Of a DNA stretch of 64,000 bases, positions 1 through 12,295 are shown in pieces. Made by a program: the position numbers and the translations under genes. The notes beneath the pieces are model-generated. The model was not told the DNA's origin, did no database searches, and saw only the letters and a list, made by a program, of their open reading frames with translations. Location: NCBI GenBank assembly GCA_013265495.1, contig MU058451.1:1134584-1198583 (forward strand), in the 5' to 3' direction. Source of the stretch: Vicugna vicugna (taxonomy: Eukaryota). How positions within the stretch are numbered: the stretch's first letter is position 1; each line of letters opens with the position of its first letter.

Positions 1-1212
1 AAAAATCCACCAAAATGACACCCACGATTCAATAATTAGTGACTATGAGTGGCCTTCCCCAGTGAGCAACAACATCTTAGCTCCCTTCATACTCCTACCG
101 TGACAGGGGCTGCCTGGCCAGCAGGTCATCCCCCAGTGATGGCCCCTGCAAGCTCTGTAGGCACATTGTTCACTTAAAAACTAAAGTTCTGCGATAGGTG
201 AGCAGTGAATTATTATTCTTAAATATCGGTCTTATTCTGAAAAAACTCAAACCAAGATTTTTTACATTTTTAAGTCAAATTAAGTTTTTTTAAAAAAAAG
301 CTCATGTACGAAGACACTCTGTCTAATTTTTAAAAATGTTCCAATGAATGAGTTTTAAGAAAAGGCCATATAACTAAACTGAAATATGTAGAGGCAAGTC
401 TGATAATCCCCAATTGCCATAAAACTCAACACCTGCAGCCTATGTAATAAATCAGTTTGTGAATCTAATTGCTCTTGTTCTGCATGCTTCCATGAGCCTG
501 TGGAGCTAAGCTAACACCATTGTCATAGCCTTAATCACAGCCAGGTTTATTTTTGTTGGCAGCCTTATGCAAATCATTGTATTATGGGTCTTTGCACTTA
601 ATTCACTCAGATTATACCCTGATACTGAAAACAGACTGTAAAACAGGAAGGGATCTTCAAATTGTTTAATTAACTATGAGTTGTAATTTCTATTTATACC
701 TACCTGAAATGTTATAGCTCCAACTGTGTTAAATATTCATAGGAAAACAGATTATTCTGTTTCTAATTTAAAATACTTAAGCTTGCTGTAATTTAGAAGT
801 TATAGTTACCCACAGAGAATATATCGGCATTTCTTCAATGTTTTAAGCCAATTTCTCTTATTCTGTGAACTAACCTCTGGAACTGAAATTCATCAACAAA
901 ACACTAATTTACTAAATGGTACCTTAGTGGCCTAAAAGAGTTACAGCAACTTCAAAATGGCCGCAAATTTTACCCTCTGTCTTTAAATCTTTTACCACAC
1001 AGTCTTTCCCGGGAACCACAGGGAAACCAATTGTATCAGTCAATTACCACCAATTATCGTTGGTCGATTAAATTCTCAAGAGCCAGAAAAATCTGATATC
1101 TATTCCACATTGTTTACCTCTTTCACTTTTTCTAGTACAGTGAACTTTCTAGAAAAGACCAAAACAAAACAAAACAAAACAGATGGGCCACCAATTAAAA
1201 TCCAATCACAAT

Positions 1213-1265
1213 GCTGCACACCAGAAATTGATACATTATAAGTTGACTATACTTCAATCAAAAAC
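1213..1265 (+). mobile_element. Extremely 5'-truncated L1 3' tail (cetartiodactyl/camelid-type) with target-site duplication
   Basis: GCTGCACACCAGAAATTGATACATTATAAGTTGACTATACTTCAATCAAAAA matches the L1 3' terminus motif; flanked by AAATCCAATCACAAT (1198-1212) and AAATCCAAGCACAGT (1266-1280). Confidence 0.8.
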
Positions 1266-2274
1266 AAATCCAAGCACAGTACATTCTCTTGCCCATGAAG
1301 GAGCTGTTGCATATTGGTATCAACATAGTTAGAGTAGAATTAATTTCAAACTTTTCCTTTTCCCATTGTGATGAACCTAGTTTCAGAACTTTTCTGGATG
1401 CTAATGTTTTTACACTGAGAAGTGGTAGGTAAAGGAGGAAGAGGATAGGAAAACACCCCTACATTCACTCCAGGAACATTGATTGTTCGGTGGACATAAT
1501 GCTTATGAGCATTAGCTCTGAACCATATTCTGTCTACCAGACCACATACATGGCGGGAAGGGCTCAAGGCAGGGGCACTCTTGGGATCTCTCTGCATGTG
1601 AGGAGAGGAGAGTCCCAAAGACCAGAAGAGAAATCAGGGAAGCCCTCTTCTACCGCTGGGCCATCAGTCTCTATGCCTGTTATGGTATATGGAATCTACA
1701 TTTACGATAAAAAGGTAGCAGCAGGACTCAGAAGGGCACTTGAGTGAAGCATCAGAAACTACACTGTGGTCATGAGAAGAGCTAAAAATAAATGTCAAAA
1801 AAGAATGATCATTCATTGGTTCCAAATGTCCATCATTTTCTTGCCACTGCTGAGCTGTGGCCCAGAAGCCTCCTCCTGATGAAAGTACCCATTATCCTCA
1901 AATAGGAACCAGGTTGTGGCTCAACAAATTTAATTTAGACAAGGACAAGATGCCTTCCTCCAGCTCTAGAAGGAGAAGTGGATTCTACACAGAATGGATC
2001 AGCCCTCAAGGATACTGGGGTACTAATCCAACCAGGGTGTAGTTGTGGGGCCAGGGACCCTCTGCTTGGAGATTTCCCTCACACCCTACATAATGCTCAC
2101 CAGCACATATGGTCCAGCCCTACTTCCAAATGAAAAGTAGAGAGAAGGTCAGCTCTCATCACTAGTCAGAGCCTCATCAAATCCTAACTGGTCCTTGTCC
2201 TGCAATGACTTCTGGTTATACACCTTCAGTTTTATAAGGTATTGAGCATGTTCTCTGCAATAATGTATAACCAT

Positions 2275-2490
2275 GGGTTGCCTATTGTGTGCCAAATACT
2301 GACTGTCCTAAATGTCTGACATTTAATTTCACAAGTATTTGAAGCAGGCACTACTGTCCCTATTTTACAAATGCAGAAACTGAGGCCCAGAGGTGCTAGT
2401 AACTTAGCAGAGACTGCGTATTCCTAAATGATAGAGCTAGGACTGAGTGCAGTCTGAGTCCAGGGCCTGCTGGGAGCCATTATGCTTTGC
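2275..2490 (-). mobile_element. MIR SINE
   Basis: Reverse MIR core CCCTATTTTACAAATGCAGAAACTGAGGCCCAGAG and downstream GTCTGAGTCCAGGGCC. Confidence 0.85.
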
Positions 2491-2689
2491 TGAGCCCATG
2501 AAAATGAGTAAGATTCTGTCCCCGTCCACTAGGGGACCAGAGATTTTGCTTGGTGGTATATTTGCTTATTTTCAGGAATAGAGGTGAGTTGAAGGTTATA
2601 GAAAGCTCAACAAATTATTTAAATACAGTGATATGACTATGACAGATTTATGAATGGGGCATCTAACTCAAACTGGATTATAAAAGAAA

Positions 2690-3200
2690 GGGCTGAGATG
2701 TTGCTGACAGGTTGATATGGTGAAGGCATGAAGAACTTCCTATGCCAAGGAACTCGGGATTTTTACTGTAGTTTTAGCAAAATTGTCTTCCAGATAGATC
2801 ATTCTGGTTGCACAGACCAGATATAAAAAGAGCAAGAGTGGGGATAAATGAATAAATGAGCAATTACTGAAATAATCCAGTCAAGGAAATTTAAGAAGCA
2901 AATCCACTGAACTAGGGTGGTGGTAATTAACATCAACTTGAAGTAAGGATTGAGAATTATTTTGAAGGTAAAATGAGCAGGATTTGATTGACTGGATATA
3001 AAAATGAGGAATTGACAGGAGGGAAGTAAAAGATGACTCAAGATGAATGGAAATGAAACAAATACACAATGAGGTCAGTTTCAGGCATGTTGAATACCTA
3101 CCCATGTCTTACGTAGAAGGGATGCCCAGAAAGCATCTGAATGTTCGAATATGACAGTCAGGGGAGAGGTGTAAACTGAAGCTAAATGTGTGAGAATATT
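2690..3200 (-). mobile_element. L2 LINE fragment
   Basis: Reverse L2 motifs GATCATTCTGG, GCAGGATTTGATTGACTGGATAT, GAGGTCAGTTTCAGGCATGTTGA. Confidence 0.75.
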
Positions 3201-3776
3201 AATATATTTGTTCTGATCCATTGCAACCATCTTAAAAGGAAAAAAAAGATCACATGTTACCAGGAAACAAATACACAGAAAAGCAACCTAATCTGAAAGA
3301 TTGACCTCCACGTACGAGGAAACTAGAAACCATACTTGACATACAACTTCTATTGCTGTCAGAAGCTACCAAACGCCCAACAGCTAAGAAACAACATCTT
3401 ACAGCATTTCTAGAATGATTCTTCTGGATTCTTCATTCCTTTCTCAAAGAGCTCTCCCTACTCCCCACTGTGGTTCAGACACTGCTTTGCCCTTTCACTC
3501 CTAATTTGCCAGTGGTGTCCCAGCTCTCCTCCTTTTGGAATCTTCCTACGTGCTGGAGGAGGTGGCTGTGTATACTTGGTAAAAAGGAGAGGAAATCACC
3601 TGCTATGAATCAGTTTTTACTCTAAGTAAGCTGCCAAGGGGCTACATTAACAGTGAATACAGGCACTTTCTCCAACCTTGATATTTCTATATTTTTGCTT
3701 CAATCAGGTCTGTGATCCAAGTGAAAGGGAATTATCTATATTCTGCGTTTTCTTACTACTTTCCTACAGCATGAGC

Positions 3777-4114
3777 TTTTTTTTTTAATTGAAGTATAGT
3801 CAGTTTACAGTGTTGTGTCAATTTCTGGTGTACAGCAAAATAATGTTTCAGTCCGCCATATACATACAATATATCCGTTTTCATATTCTTTTTCCTTATA
3901 CGTCACTACAAGATATCGAATATAGTTCCCTGTGCTATACATTACGACCCTGTTGCTGACCCGTTTCTGTGAGGATTCTTCTTGTATTTCTGAAGTAAGA
4001 GATATTGTGCCAAAGTTCAACAGGTATTCTGTGTGTAATGTGTAGTTTTGGATGTAATCATGGGAGACGGTGAGCTATGCGTCCTTCTACTCTGCCATCT
4101 TGGCATCTCCCCTC
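3777..4114 (-). mobile_element. Internally deleted (bipartite) L1: ~155 bp of 5'UTR joined to ~180 bp of 3'UTR plus poly(A)
   Basis: Minus strand starts GAGGGGAGATGCCAAGATGGCAGAGTAGAAGGAC (L1 5' end) and ends TATAGCACAGGGAACTATATT...GCTGTACACCAGAAATTGACACAACACTGTAAACTGACTATACTTCAATT(A)10; degenerate TSD AGCATGAGCTTTT / AGCATAAGAGTTTTT. Confidence 0.8.
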
Positions 4115-4133
4115 AAGCATAAGAGTTTTTATT

Positions 4134-4160
4134 CACACACTCACACACACACACACACAC
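4134..4160. repeat. (CA)n microsatellite
   Basis: CACACACTCACACACACACACACACAC seen directly. Confidence 0.95.
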
Positions 4161-5876
4161 CGGGAGTTTTGTCATGACTTTCTTCCCTACTATAAAAAGT
4201 AAAGATATTTACAAGCAATATGGATCCCTCATCTCAGCTGGTCATTCAGAATCTTAACATTTTAAGGCCAAACTTAGGCCAGATAAAGAGAGGTCTAGTG
4301 GTATGATTTGATGAGGTCTGAGAGACTTTGTGCAAAAAAAAAAAAACTCTCCCTTAATCTCTACTCATTTCAGTTTATGCTTACATTCCCATCTTGGCCT
4401 CAGCTTGGTGTTAAGCCATAAAAGGTCACTACTAAAAGGTAAATATGTCATCTGGAGTAAAAACTCATCCAGCCATTAAGTTTTATTAGCATACTAGAAT
4501 AAACTTTTCATATTAACCCACAAGTCACTTGATATGAGTTTAAGAGAAGAGTATAGTGTATTAAACTTGGGTGGTGGGACAGAAGGAAGAGAATGATCTA
4601 GAATATGAGGCAAAGTCAGGGATAAAAGGAAAGCAGGGTCCTGGTGGGGAGGGAGGCAGGGGAAGGATGTCAAAAAGAAGGAATAAACACATTTGCCTAC
4701 AGCAACCTTGCCTAGATGATGAAAAAGCACTTTTACTTCTGAGTCTCGGGGGTTTTTTTTTTTTTTTTTTTTTGAGATGGCTTGGAAACACGGTCATTAT
4801 TTGCCTGAAAGCCTCCAGGAAACTTTGAATTAAATATGTACATATTGTACTAGTTATCTTTGAAATGTGATTGGGCTGCAATTATGTCAGTAAAGCTCTA
4901 ACTACCAAAAGAAAATTGTATGGCATCCTCTATTGTGCCTGGACAAATTTAGATGATTGAAAGCATAAACCAGGCCATATTTTATACCAGAGCGATGCAA
5001 AGAAAAGGAGGAAAACACTGAGTTCACGCATGCTGGATGCTAAGACGACTTCGGGGCTTTGTAGTGGAAGTGGCGTGCTCCCTGGGGGAAACAGACTCTC
5101 GGAAAGAAGTACAGTAGCAATTCTGCCACAGCTACACAAAGTCAAGAAAATGGTTCACTCAGACTACTGGAGAGCTCCATTTGTTTTGAAAAACCCAGCT
5201 TGTAAGTCAGTTTTCCTGGAAATGGCAAATATCGCATACTTAAGGATTAACTCTTTCTGGGCAAATATTGCACACTTAACTCTTTTTGCTACAGAAGTCT
5301 TTCTCATAATCCTCAGGCTGGATTTACTTGGGAGACACGTGTAACCAGAACAACAGCAAGCACTGCATCTTGTCTCTTTCAATGTCAGGAACTGTCAGAC
5401 TGGAAAAAGCTCTCAATTCTAGGACCTGTGAACACTATCTTTCAGTTACGAGATAAGCATGTCCAAGTACCTGGGATGGTACCTGATAGATATTAGATGC
5501 TTGGGAAGTGTTTGTTAAAAATCAGGACAAACAAAAAGATTTTTAAAACACATCTCTCAGAAAATTTTAATCATTGGGATCTTCAAACAATGCAACACCA
5601 GATTACTTCTCCCCTCCCCTCTGATGTTCCATTAGACTTGGTGATACAAAAGGGACTTGATCAGCACTGGAATGACAGATGTGTGAGCTGTGCGATACTT
5701 CCTGTTCTAGACGCATCTTTTCTTATACCTGCTTTTCAGATCATTTCCTTTCTCATTATTTTTCTTGTGCTCCACATATTATTTTGCAGGGAAAGAAACT
5801 ATAAGGCTCCCCAGCTCTCATCCCCCACACTATCAGGGCTGGAGTTTAGTAATTCTAATTCACTCAAGGTTGCCTG

Positions 5877-6067
5877 CAGGATTGCAGATTTAGTGAATAA
5901 AAATACAGGCTGCCCAGTTAAATTTTAATTTAGATAAACAGCAAATAATTTTTAGAATAAGAATGTCCTGGGAAACATTTGGGATGCACTTTACCAAAAA
6001 AATTCTTCATTGTTTATTTTACATTAAAATTTAGCCGGACATCCTGTATCTTTATTTGGCAATACTA
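5877..6067. mobile_element. MER53 palindromic hAT-type MITE
   Basis: CAGATTTAGTGAATAAAAATACAGGCTGCCCAGTTAAATTT...AAATTTAGCCGGACATCCTGTATCTTTATTTGGCAATACTA; ~190 bp imperfect inverted repeat matching the recalled MER53 consensus. Confidence 0.85.
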
Positions 6068-6454
6068 GTTATTTGATAGAATCATAGATTATGACTTAGA
6101 ATTTAGCCCTTTACAGGTAGGGATGGTCAAGCCTGGAGATAAAGAGATCAGTGTAACTCAGACAATAACAGCCTTGACCACCACCTAGACCTCTGAACCC
6201 CTAGTCAAGAGCTCTTCTACAATCTTGCCTCTTTGTAAAAGCATCTGGTTAAATTTAGCCACTTGCCTTTATTCAGCTGAGTACGTATCCTTTCTAGCTT
6301 CCAAGTGTAGAGGGCATTTTTATTACACTGAATGGTTGGTTCTGTCCCCATTTTTTGTTAATAAACTTGGTAATCAGTTAACTATGACCTTTATTGTAGC
6401 ACTTTTGATATTGAATTGAAAATACTTCTATACATATATTTCTTTCCAAGAAAA

Positions 6455-6560
6455 GTATATACTCCTTAAGGTCATGAATTCTACTCATCTCAAACGCTCA
6501 GTGACTAGCCCCAGGCCTTGGATCACGGTAGCCTCTCACTAAGTACTTAATAAATCTCTA
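6455..6560 (+). mobile_element. L2 3' end fragment
   Basis: ACTCCTTAAGGTCATG...GACTAGCCCCAGGCCTTGG...GTACTTAATAAAT resembles the L2 terminus. Confidence 0.55.
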
Positions 6561-6722
6561 AAAATGGTTAAACAGCTTAAACAAATAAATAGTATTCAAA
6601 GTGAAAGAGACAGCCTTCAGTACTCCCAAATGAACATGGAAAGATCAGACTACAGATTTACCCTTGAGGTCTACACGCTCAGAATGTAGAAATACACACT
6701 TTCACAAAGTAATCTTTGACAC

Positions 6723-7152
6723 TGTGGTGGTTGAATTTATATGTCAAGTTCAATGGCCAGCGTGTGCCCAGATTAAACATTATTTCTGGAGGTGTCTGTG
6801 AGGGTGTTTCCTAATGAGATTAGCATTTTAGTTAGTGGCCTCAGGAAAGTAGACTGACCTCCCCAAAGCAGGTGGACATCATTCAATCCATTAGGGACTG
6901 GATTAGAATACAAAGTGGAGGAAGGAGGAATTTGTCCCTTTTCCCTGCCTCCCTGTTAGTCTGGGACACCTCATCTCATCTCCTCCTTCCCTCAGACTTG
7001 GATTTACACCATCAGGCCTTCAGACTCAGGACCTGAGACTGAACTAGACTGCTGGGATTGTGGGACCTCTCAGGCTCCACAGTCACAAGAGCCAAGTCCT
7101 CATAATAAACCTCTTACTGGTTCTGCTTTTCAGGAGCACCCTGACTAATACA
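6723..7152 (+). mobile_element. MLT2 (ERVL) solo LTR
   Basis: TG...CA ends: TGTGGTGGTTGAATTTATATGTCAAG...ATTAAACATTATTTCTGG...GTGTCTGTGAGGGTGTTTCC...AATAAAC...CCCTGACTAATACA. Confidence 0.9.
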
Positions 7153-7229
7153 ATGTCATTGTTGGAATAAATACACACCAGGTGGGCCTTGATGATAAAC
7201 TGGTACTAGGAATACTACCTCTGTAACAA

Positions 7230-7350
7230 ATGATACCCAACACTGAAGGTCAGTAATGTACCCAATGTGCCCATAGAGCACAGGGGAAGAAACAAATCTG
7301 GGCTTGAACCCAGGTGTCTACAGTTCCAAGCCCATGTACTTAACTACCAT
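7230..7350 (-). mobile_element. MIR fragment
   Basis: CTGGGCTTGAACCCAGGTGTCTACAGTTCCAAGCCCATGTACTTAACTAC, the reverse MIR tRNA-like head. Confidence 0.65.
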
Positions 7351-8089
7351 GTAGGGGTCCTACTGGTGGTCTCCCATCTCATTGGTGCCTCCAGTTGTTG
7401 GATATTTCAATATCAGCTCCTCCCTGGGATGAGAGGCACCTACCTAAATTGTGTCAATAATTTTCATAGGTAGCATGATCACTTCTTGACTTAAATAAGT
7501 ATTTGTTTAATTTACTTTTTAGGAAATTATTTTTTAGGAGGTGAATGTGTTCATGTATTTGCTTCGCCCTGCATCTCTTTCTGGTTGGGAAACAAACAAT
7601 ACAGATCATACTTTCATTTACTCTAACTTTTAAGAATTTCAATTTTAAATAAAAAATGTAATACTGTAGAAATAGAATCACTAATTGAATTACTGATTAT
7701 AGAGGGATTTTGGGTGGTGTAGAGCTTGCATTTAATTGTGAGTAAAACTCAACTCATTAAGAAAAACTTTCAAATTTGTAAATCAAGTGAATTTTAAAAT
7801 ATGTAAAATACAAGTACACTATTTAGATATGTTTCAAGTCCCATTTATCATATTTCTTTATAAGCCACCCAACTAATTTTCTATTATTCTCTCCTTGATC
7901 TATATTTTTACTACTAAAACTCATATTTAGGTTTATATATATTTTTACTTGCACATATTTTTAAATCTCTTATAAAGCACATATTCTAAAGCTTGTTCAG
8001 AGAAAGAGTGAGATCCAAAATTTCTTCCATATCTCTACAATGATAAAATTCATAAGATTTTGTTCCAATATTCCAGAACTTAGTTTTGT

Positions 8090-8275
8090 ATCAGTTCTCA
8101 AAGTTTAGTGAACATCAAAATCACTTGGGGTGTTTATGAATGCAGACTTCTGGCCTCCATCTCCAGAGATTCTGCTTTGGTAAATCTGGAGGCAGGGAGT
8201 CTCTAAGCCTCCCTTTTAACAATGGAGGTGATTCTGACCCAGGTGGACCAAAGACCTCATCTTAAGAAATTCTGA
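8090..8275. mobile_element. MER5-type (hAT-Charlie) DNA transposon; a second MER5 fragment follows at ~8335-8400
   Basis: GTTCTCAAAGTTTAGTGAACATCAAAATCACTTGGG...AATGCAGACTTCTGGCCTCCATCTCCAGAGATTCTG...GGTGATTCTGA. Confidence 0.8.
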
Positions 8276-9374
8276 TTTCCGTCCTCCACTATGGTATTTC
8301 ACACGAAAATAAAATAAAATGAAGATTAATGTTCTGGTTCTCAACCCTGGCAGCACATCAGAATCTCTAGGTCTGGAGAGGGGCCAAGGGCCTTCAGTTT
8401 GGTCTAGAGTCAAGGTTGAGAGCTACTGGCTCAGTAAATATGAGGCAGGACTAGAGGGTGCTGCCACGCGGCTCCTTATGTCGCTGGTAGGATATATCTT
8501 AATTAATAAGCAAACTTTGTATTTAGAAGTAACAGCAGCAGCAAATACACTTGCATTAAATTTCTTTGTTTTTTCACTCCTTAGCAACTTGTGACAGGAA
8601 CAGGTGAGTCTCGAGGTGACCACCCACATGGAAGAAGCCATGTTCTCCCCTCGGTCCAAAAAGACTGAAGTTTAGGAATGCTTTTACGGCAGCAGAGTTT
8701 GCCATCTTCTGAAAAAATTCCATCATTTTTCTGATCTAACAGATTTTTGTGGGTGCTACAACAGCCACGGCCAGCTTGGAGAACGCAGCCAGCTCTTTCC
8801 TCAAATATCGGTCCCTCAAATGCTTCAGACACCAGAAAAGCTGAGTTCATTTGCTCAGTCAGCTTTATTACCCCTCCAGCACCCATTTGAATTATTTTGT
8901 ATTAAAACTGAGAGAGCGAAGAGGTGGACTCTGCATTCACATCCAACACCCCACCACTGTGACTGTGTACCAAGAGGAGCCAAAGGCAAAAGCATTTAGA
9001 AAAGGAATGAAGGTGACTTGCAAAGAAGCATTGCCAAGGAGGCCGGCCTTTAGAAGTACCAGCTCAAGATTCCACTGAATTTGTGGTTTTTACTTACGTG
9101 TTTGTTTCCCTCAGCATTCTTTACCTCAAAGTGTTCTTCTCCCTGACTGGGAGACACGATGTATATCCTTTGCCATCACTGCCTCAGAGAGGCAGATATC
9201 GTGGGAATTCCTTCTCAAACCTATGTGTGCCTATTACAATAGTTACTATTATTGTAGTTTTGCAATTCTAATTGTATTCCATAAAAGGCACTCTGTGTGT
9301 GTTGTCATTGTTGTTTGATAACTAATGCTTGGGAAAATACCTTTGATAAAAGCAAATTAAAAAATTTTCTATAA

Positions 9375-10620
9375 CCATCCATCAGTATAAAATCCAAATG
9401 GATTAAAGACTTACATGTAAAAACATGAAATCATAAAGATACTAGAGAAAAACCCTGTGGAGAACTGCTTGATAGCCTGAAAGAGAGAAAGATCTCTCTA
9501 ACTATGAAGCAAAATCCTAAAACCTAATAGAAGAAAAGACCGATAAATTCAATAGCATAAATGTTCAGAGTGGGCATGACAAATTACCATAGGCAAAAAT
9601 AAAAGACAAGCAATAGACTGTGCAAAAATATTTGCAGGTTGTATAGAAAGGGCTCAGCTTAACATATTAAAAGCTCATAAGAATCTGCAAGAGAAAGACT
9701 AACAAATAATAGAAAAGGGAAAGGACAAAAATTCATAGAAGAGAAACAATAACAGACCCTTAGAGACAGAAAATGTTCAACTCCACTAATAACAACAGCA
9801 ACAATAATAATATCCCAACCATACTGTGTGCCAGATACTGGCCTAGCTCTTTATATATGTTAACATATTTAATCATTAAAACAACCCTGTGAGGTAGTTT
9901 ATACTCTTTTCAATAGAAGCATAGAAAATGGAGGCACCGAGAAGTTAAGAACTCTGCCCAAGGTCACAGAGCTGATGAGCAGTAAAGCCCGAATTTAACC
10001 CCGAGTATCTGGGCCCCAGAGTAGGTGCTCCTAACCATCACGCATACATCCTTTCCTAATAAGAGAACCGCACATTGGAACCACATTGAGATTTCAACAA
10101 TTTTGCCAACTCTCAGACAGACAAAAATTTCAGTTTGTTAATATACTCTCTTGGCAAAGGAGTGGAGAACACAGGCACTTTGGATACACTGCTGGTGAAG
10201 TGTTTGCACTTTTGGCGCCTACTGAGGGCAATCCGGCAGTGGCTGTAAAAATTACAGATGCATGTGCTTTTGGAGCCAGCAATCCCACCCCTGGGAATTT
10301 ATCACACATACATCATTGTGCACATACAACATGACACGTTTCTAAGACCATTATGCACATAGCGTTGCTTGTAACAGCAAAAAAAAAAAAAAAGAGAGAA
10401 CTTGCAAATGCCCATCATAATGGCATAGCCACTTAATAGAATGCTGTGCATCTATAGAAGGAATAAAGCAGCCCTCTATATACTGATACGGAATGATCTC
10501 CAACACATAGTAAATGCAGAAAACAAGGTGCAGACCACTGTGTGCAGTGAGCTGTCTTTTCCACAGACAGAAGAAATAAGAGTATATATTCATCATACGG
10601 GGAGGGAACAAGAAAAGAGG
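9375..10620 (+). mobile_element. Old L1M (L1ME/MC-like) ORF2-end/3' region, interrupted by a MIR
   Basis: TCCAAATGGATTAAAGACTTACATGTAAAA, AAAATATTTGCA, CACTGCTGGTGAAGTGT, CAGCAATCCCACCCCTGGGAATTTATC; no intact ORF. Confidence 0.85.
9793..10055 (-). mobile_element. Near full-length MIR inserted within the L1
   Basis: TACTGTGTGCCAG...ACAACCCTGTGAGGTAG...GCCCAAGGTCACAGAGCT; flanked by CTAATAA at 9786-9792 and 10056-10062. Confidence 0.9.
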
Positions 10621-11977
10621 ATTCTGAATTCCAAACCTGGATCCCTTCTCAAAGGAAAAGTATTAGCCTAACCTCAAAATACTGACAAATAAATAGACCT
10701 TATGTTTTCTAAATTAAAAGGGACTGATAAAATATGAATTCATTATATTTTTATGAGTCACTAGTCAACTTTGTCAATGAATCTGATCAGGGCTTGTTGG
10801 GTTTAAACGTGCTGCTCTGACTAAGGGACCCTCCACGTCAAGGTGCTACCTCACCGCCCAAGTCGGCTGAGCTGTGTCTCTGTGCATCTGCTGTTGCACT
10901 TTCTCCTTTGTCTGGATTCACATTTCTCTCCATCAGACAGAAAAACTTATTATCCAAACTCTTCTTCGAAGTCTTCAATGACATTAAAACCATGTGGAAC
11001 TCACCAGAACAAACTGGTTTTTCGAAAGGGCACTGTTACTGGTTATCCAGAAAAAATACATTTTGTCACTCTTATTCTATAGCACGAAGTGGCCAAATAA
11101 ATTACTCTACCGTATTTTTCATAACAGATTATTTTGTTTGACTTCTTAAAGTAAGCAAATATATCATTTTTCTGGAAGTAGCCTAAATCACACAATTTCA
11201 TAAATATTAAAAAACAAGAAAACCAACTTTTCTTCAGTACTATTATTCCTCCACAAAAGGTCAACTTTTTATAACCCATGCAATAAATTATTTTAAAAAT
11301 TACCTTCATACAAAAAGAAGCAGACAGCTTATTGCTTAATCAAGCTACTTTAGAAAGTACGCTTATGCAGGAAGAAAGCCATCCCTAAAATATCTTAATT
11401 GCCTGAAAAGAATTTCAGAATTTCTTAAACAAAGGAAACTCATTATTTGGCACTGGACTATGCATGCTCCTTTCTATGTGAACTTCAATGCAACCTGACT
11501 TTCAGTACCTTAAATATAAAGTTCAGTAGTGCCTTAGCCACTGTGAGTCAACAGAATGTAAAAAGAAAAAATCTCTATATGCTTCACTAAGAGTGTCTAC
11601 AAATACGTTATAACCGAATACCAACAGAATGCCATTTTTATTTCAAAAATATAGCTAAGGAAGGTTTAAATACATAGCCTTTTTACTATACACTTGAATC
11701 TACTCCACTGGAGAGTACAATGTCATTGTCATTAAAGATAATAAATCGCTTTTTGTTTTAAAGAATTAATGCTTTACTAGTAGAAAGAAGAAAGTGCTAT
11801 TCGCAAATAGATTGGCACAAGAATTCCAAACCAAAACAGTGCTTCTAGCTGAAAGAATCACAGATTAGGGGTGTGCTATTTGGGATTCTTGTCCTGTAAT
11901 TATATACTATCCTACCCTCCCACAATAATTTCTTATTTTAATCTGTAATAAAATATGGAATTATTTTATGAAAGTTA

Positions 11978-12295
11978 GGCCTGACCATGTGACTTTCTTT
12001 GACCCATGGGATATAAGCAGATGTGACACTAGTAAAATCTTAAAGCGTGCTGTTTCAAATGATCATCAGATCCAGTGTGATGAGAGACTTATGGGGCAAA
12101 TCTGAACCAAAGCAAACCCTAAAGCAAACACAGCCAACCCATGGCCTGAAACAGAGCTGCCCAGCCGAGCCCAGCCGAGCCCAGCCGAGCCCAGCCCAAA
12201 GCAGCCAATCTGCAGACTCTTGGCACGAAAATGGCACGTCAGCTGTCATAAGCCAAGAAAATGTTTGTTCGTCATGTGGCATGATAAGCCGCCTG
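11978..12295 (+). mobile_element. MLT1 (ERVL-MaLR, MLT1I/J-like) LTR fragment containing a 10-bp tandem repeat
   Basis: GACCATGTGACTTTCTTTGACCCATGGGATATAAGCAGATGTGAC; CAGAGCTGCCCAGCCGAGCCCAG... Confidence 0.75.

Noticed and set aside
1346..2150. Compositionally distinct stretch with several short ORFs, possibly an old LTR/L1 piece or processed pseudogene
   Set aside because: I could not assign it to a family or protein; needs RepeatMasker/BLASTX.
2526..2539. CTCF-like motif CCACTAGGGGAC (weaker ones near 8450, 51137, 54697, 55794)
   Set aside because: Mismatches at core positions; cannot be told from chance without PWM scoring or ChIP data.
5497..5928. 143-aa plus-strand ORF
   Set aside because: Runs into MER53, no recognisable homology or splice context; consistent with chance.
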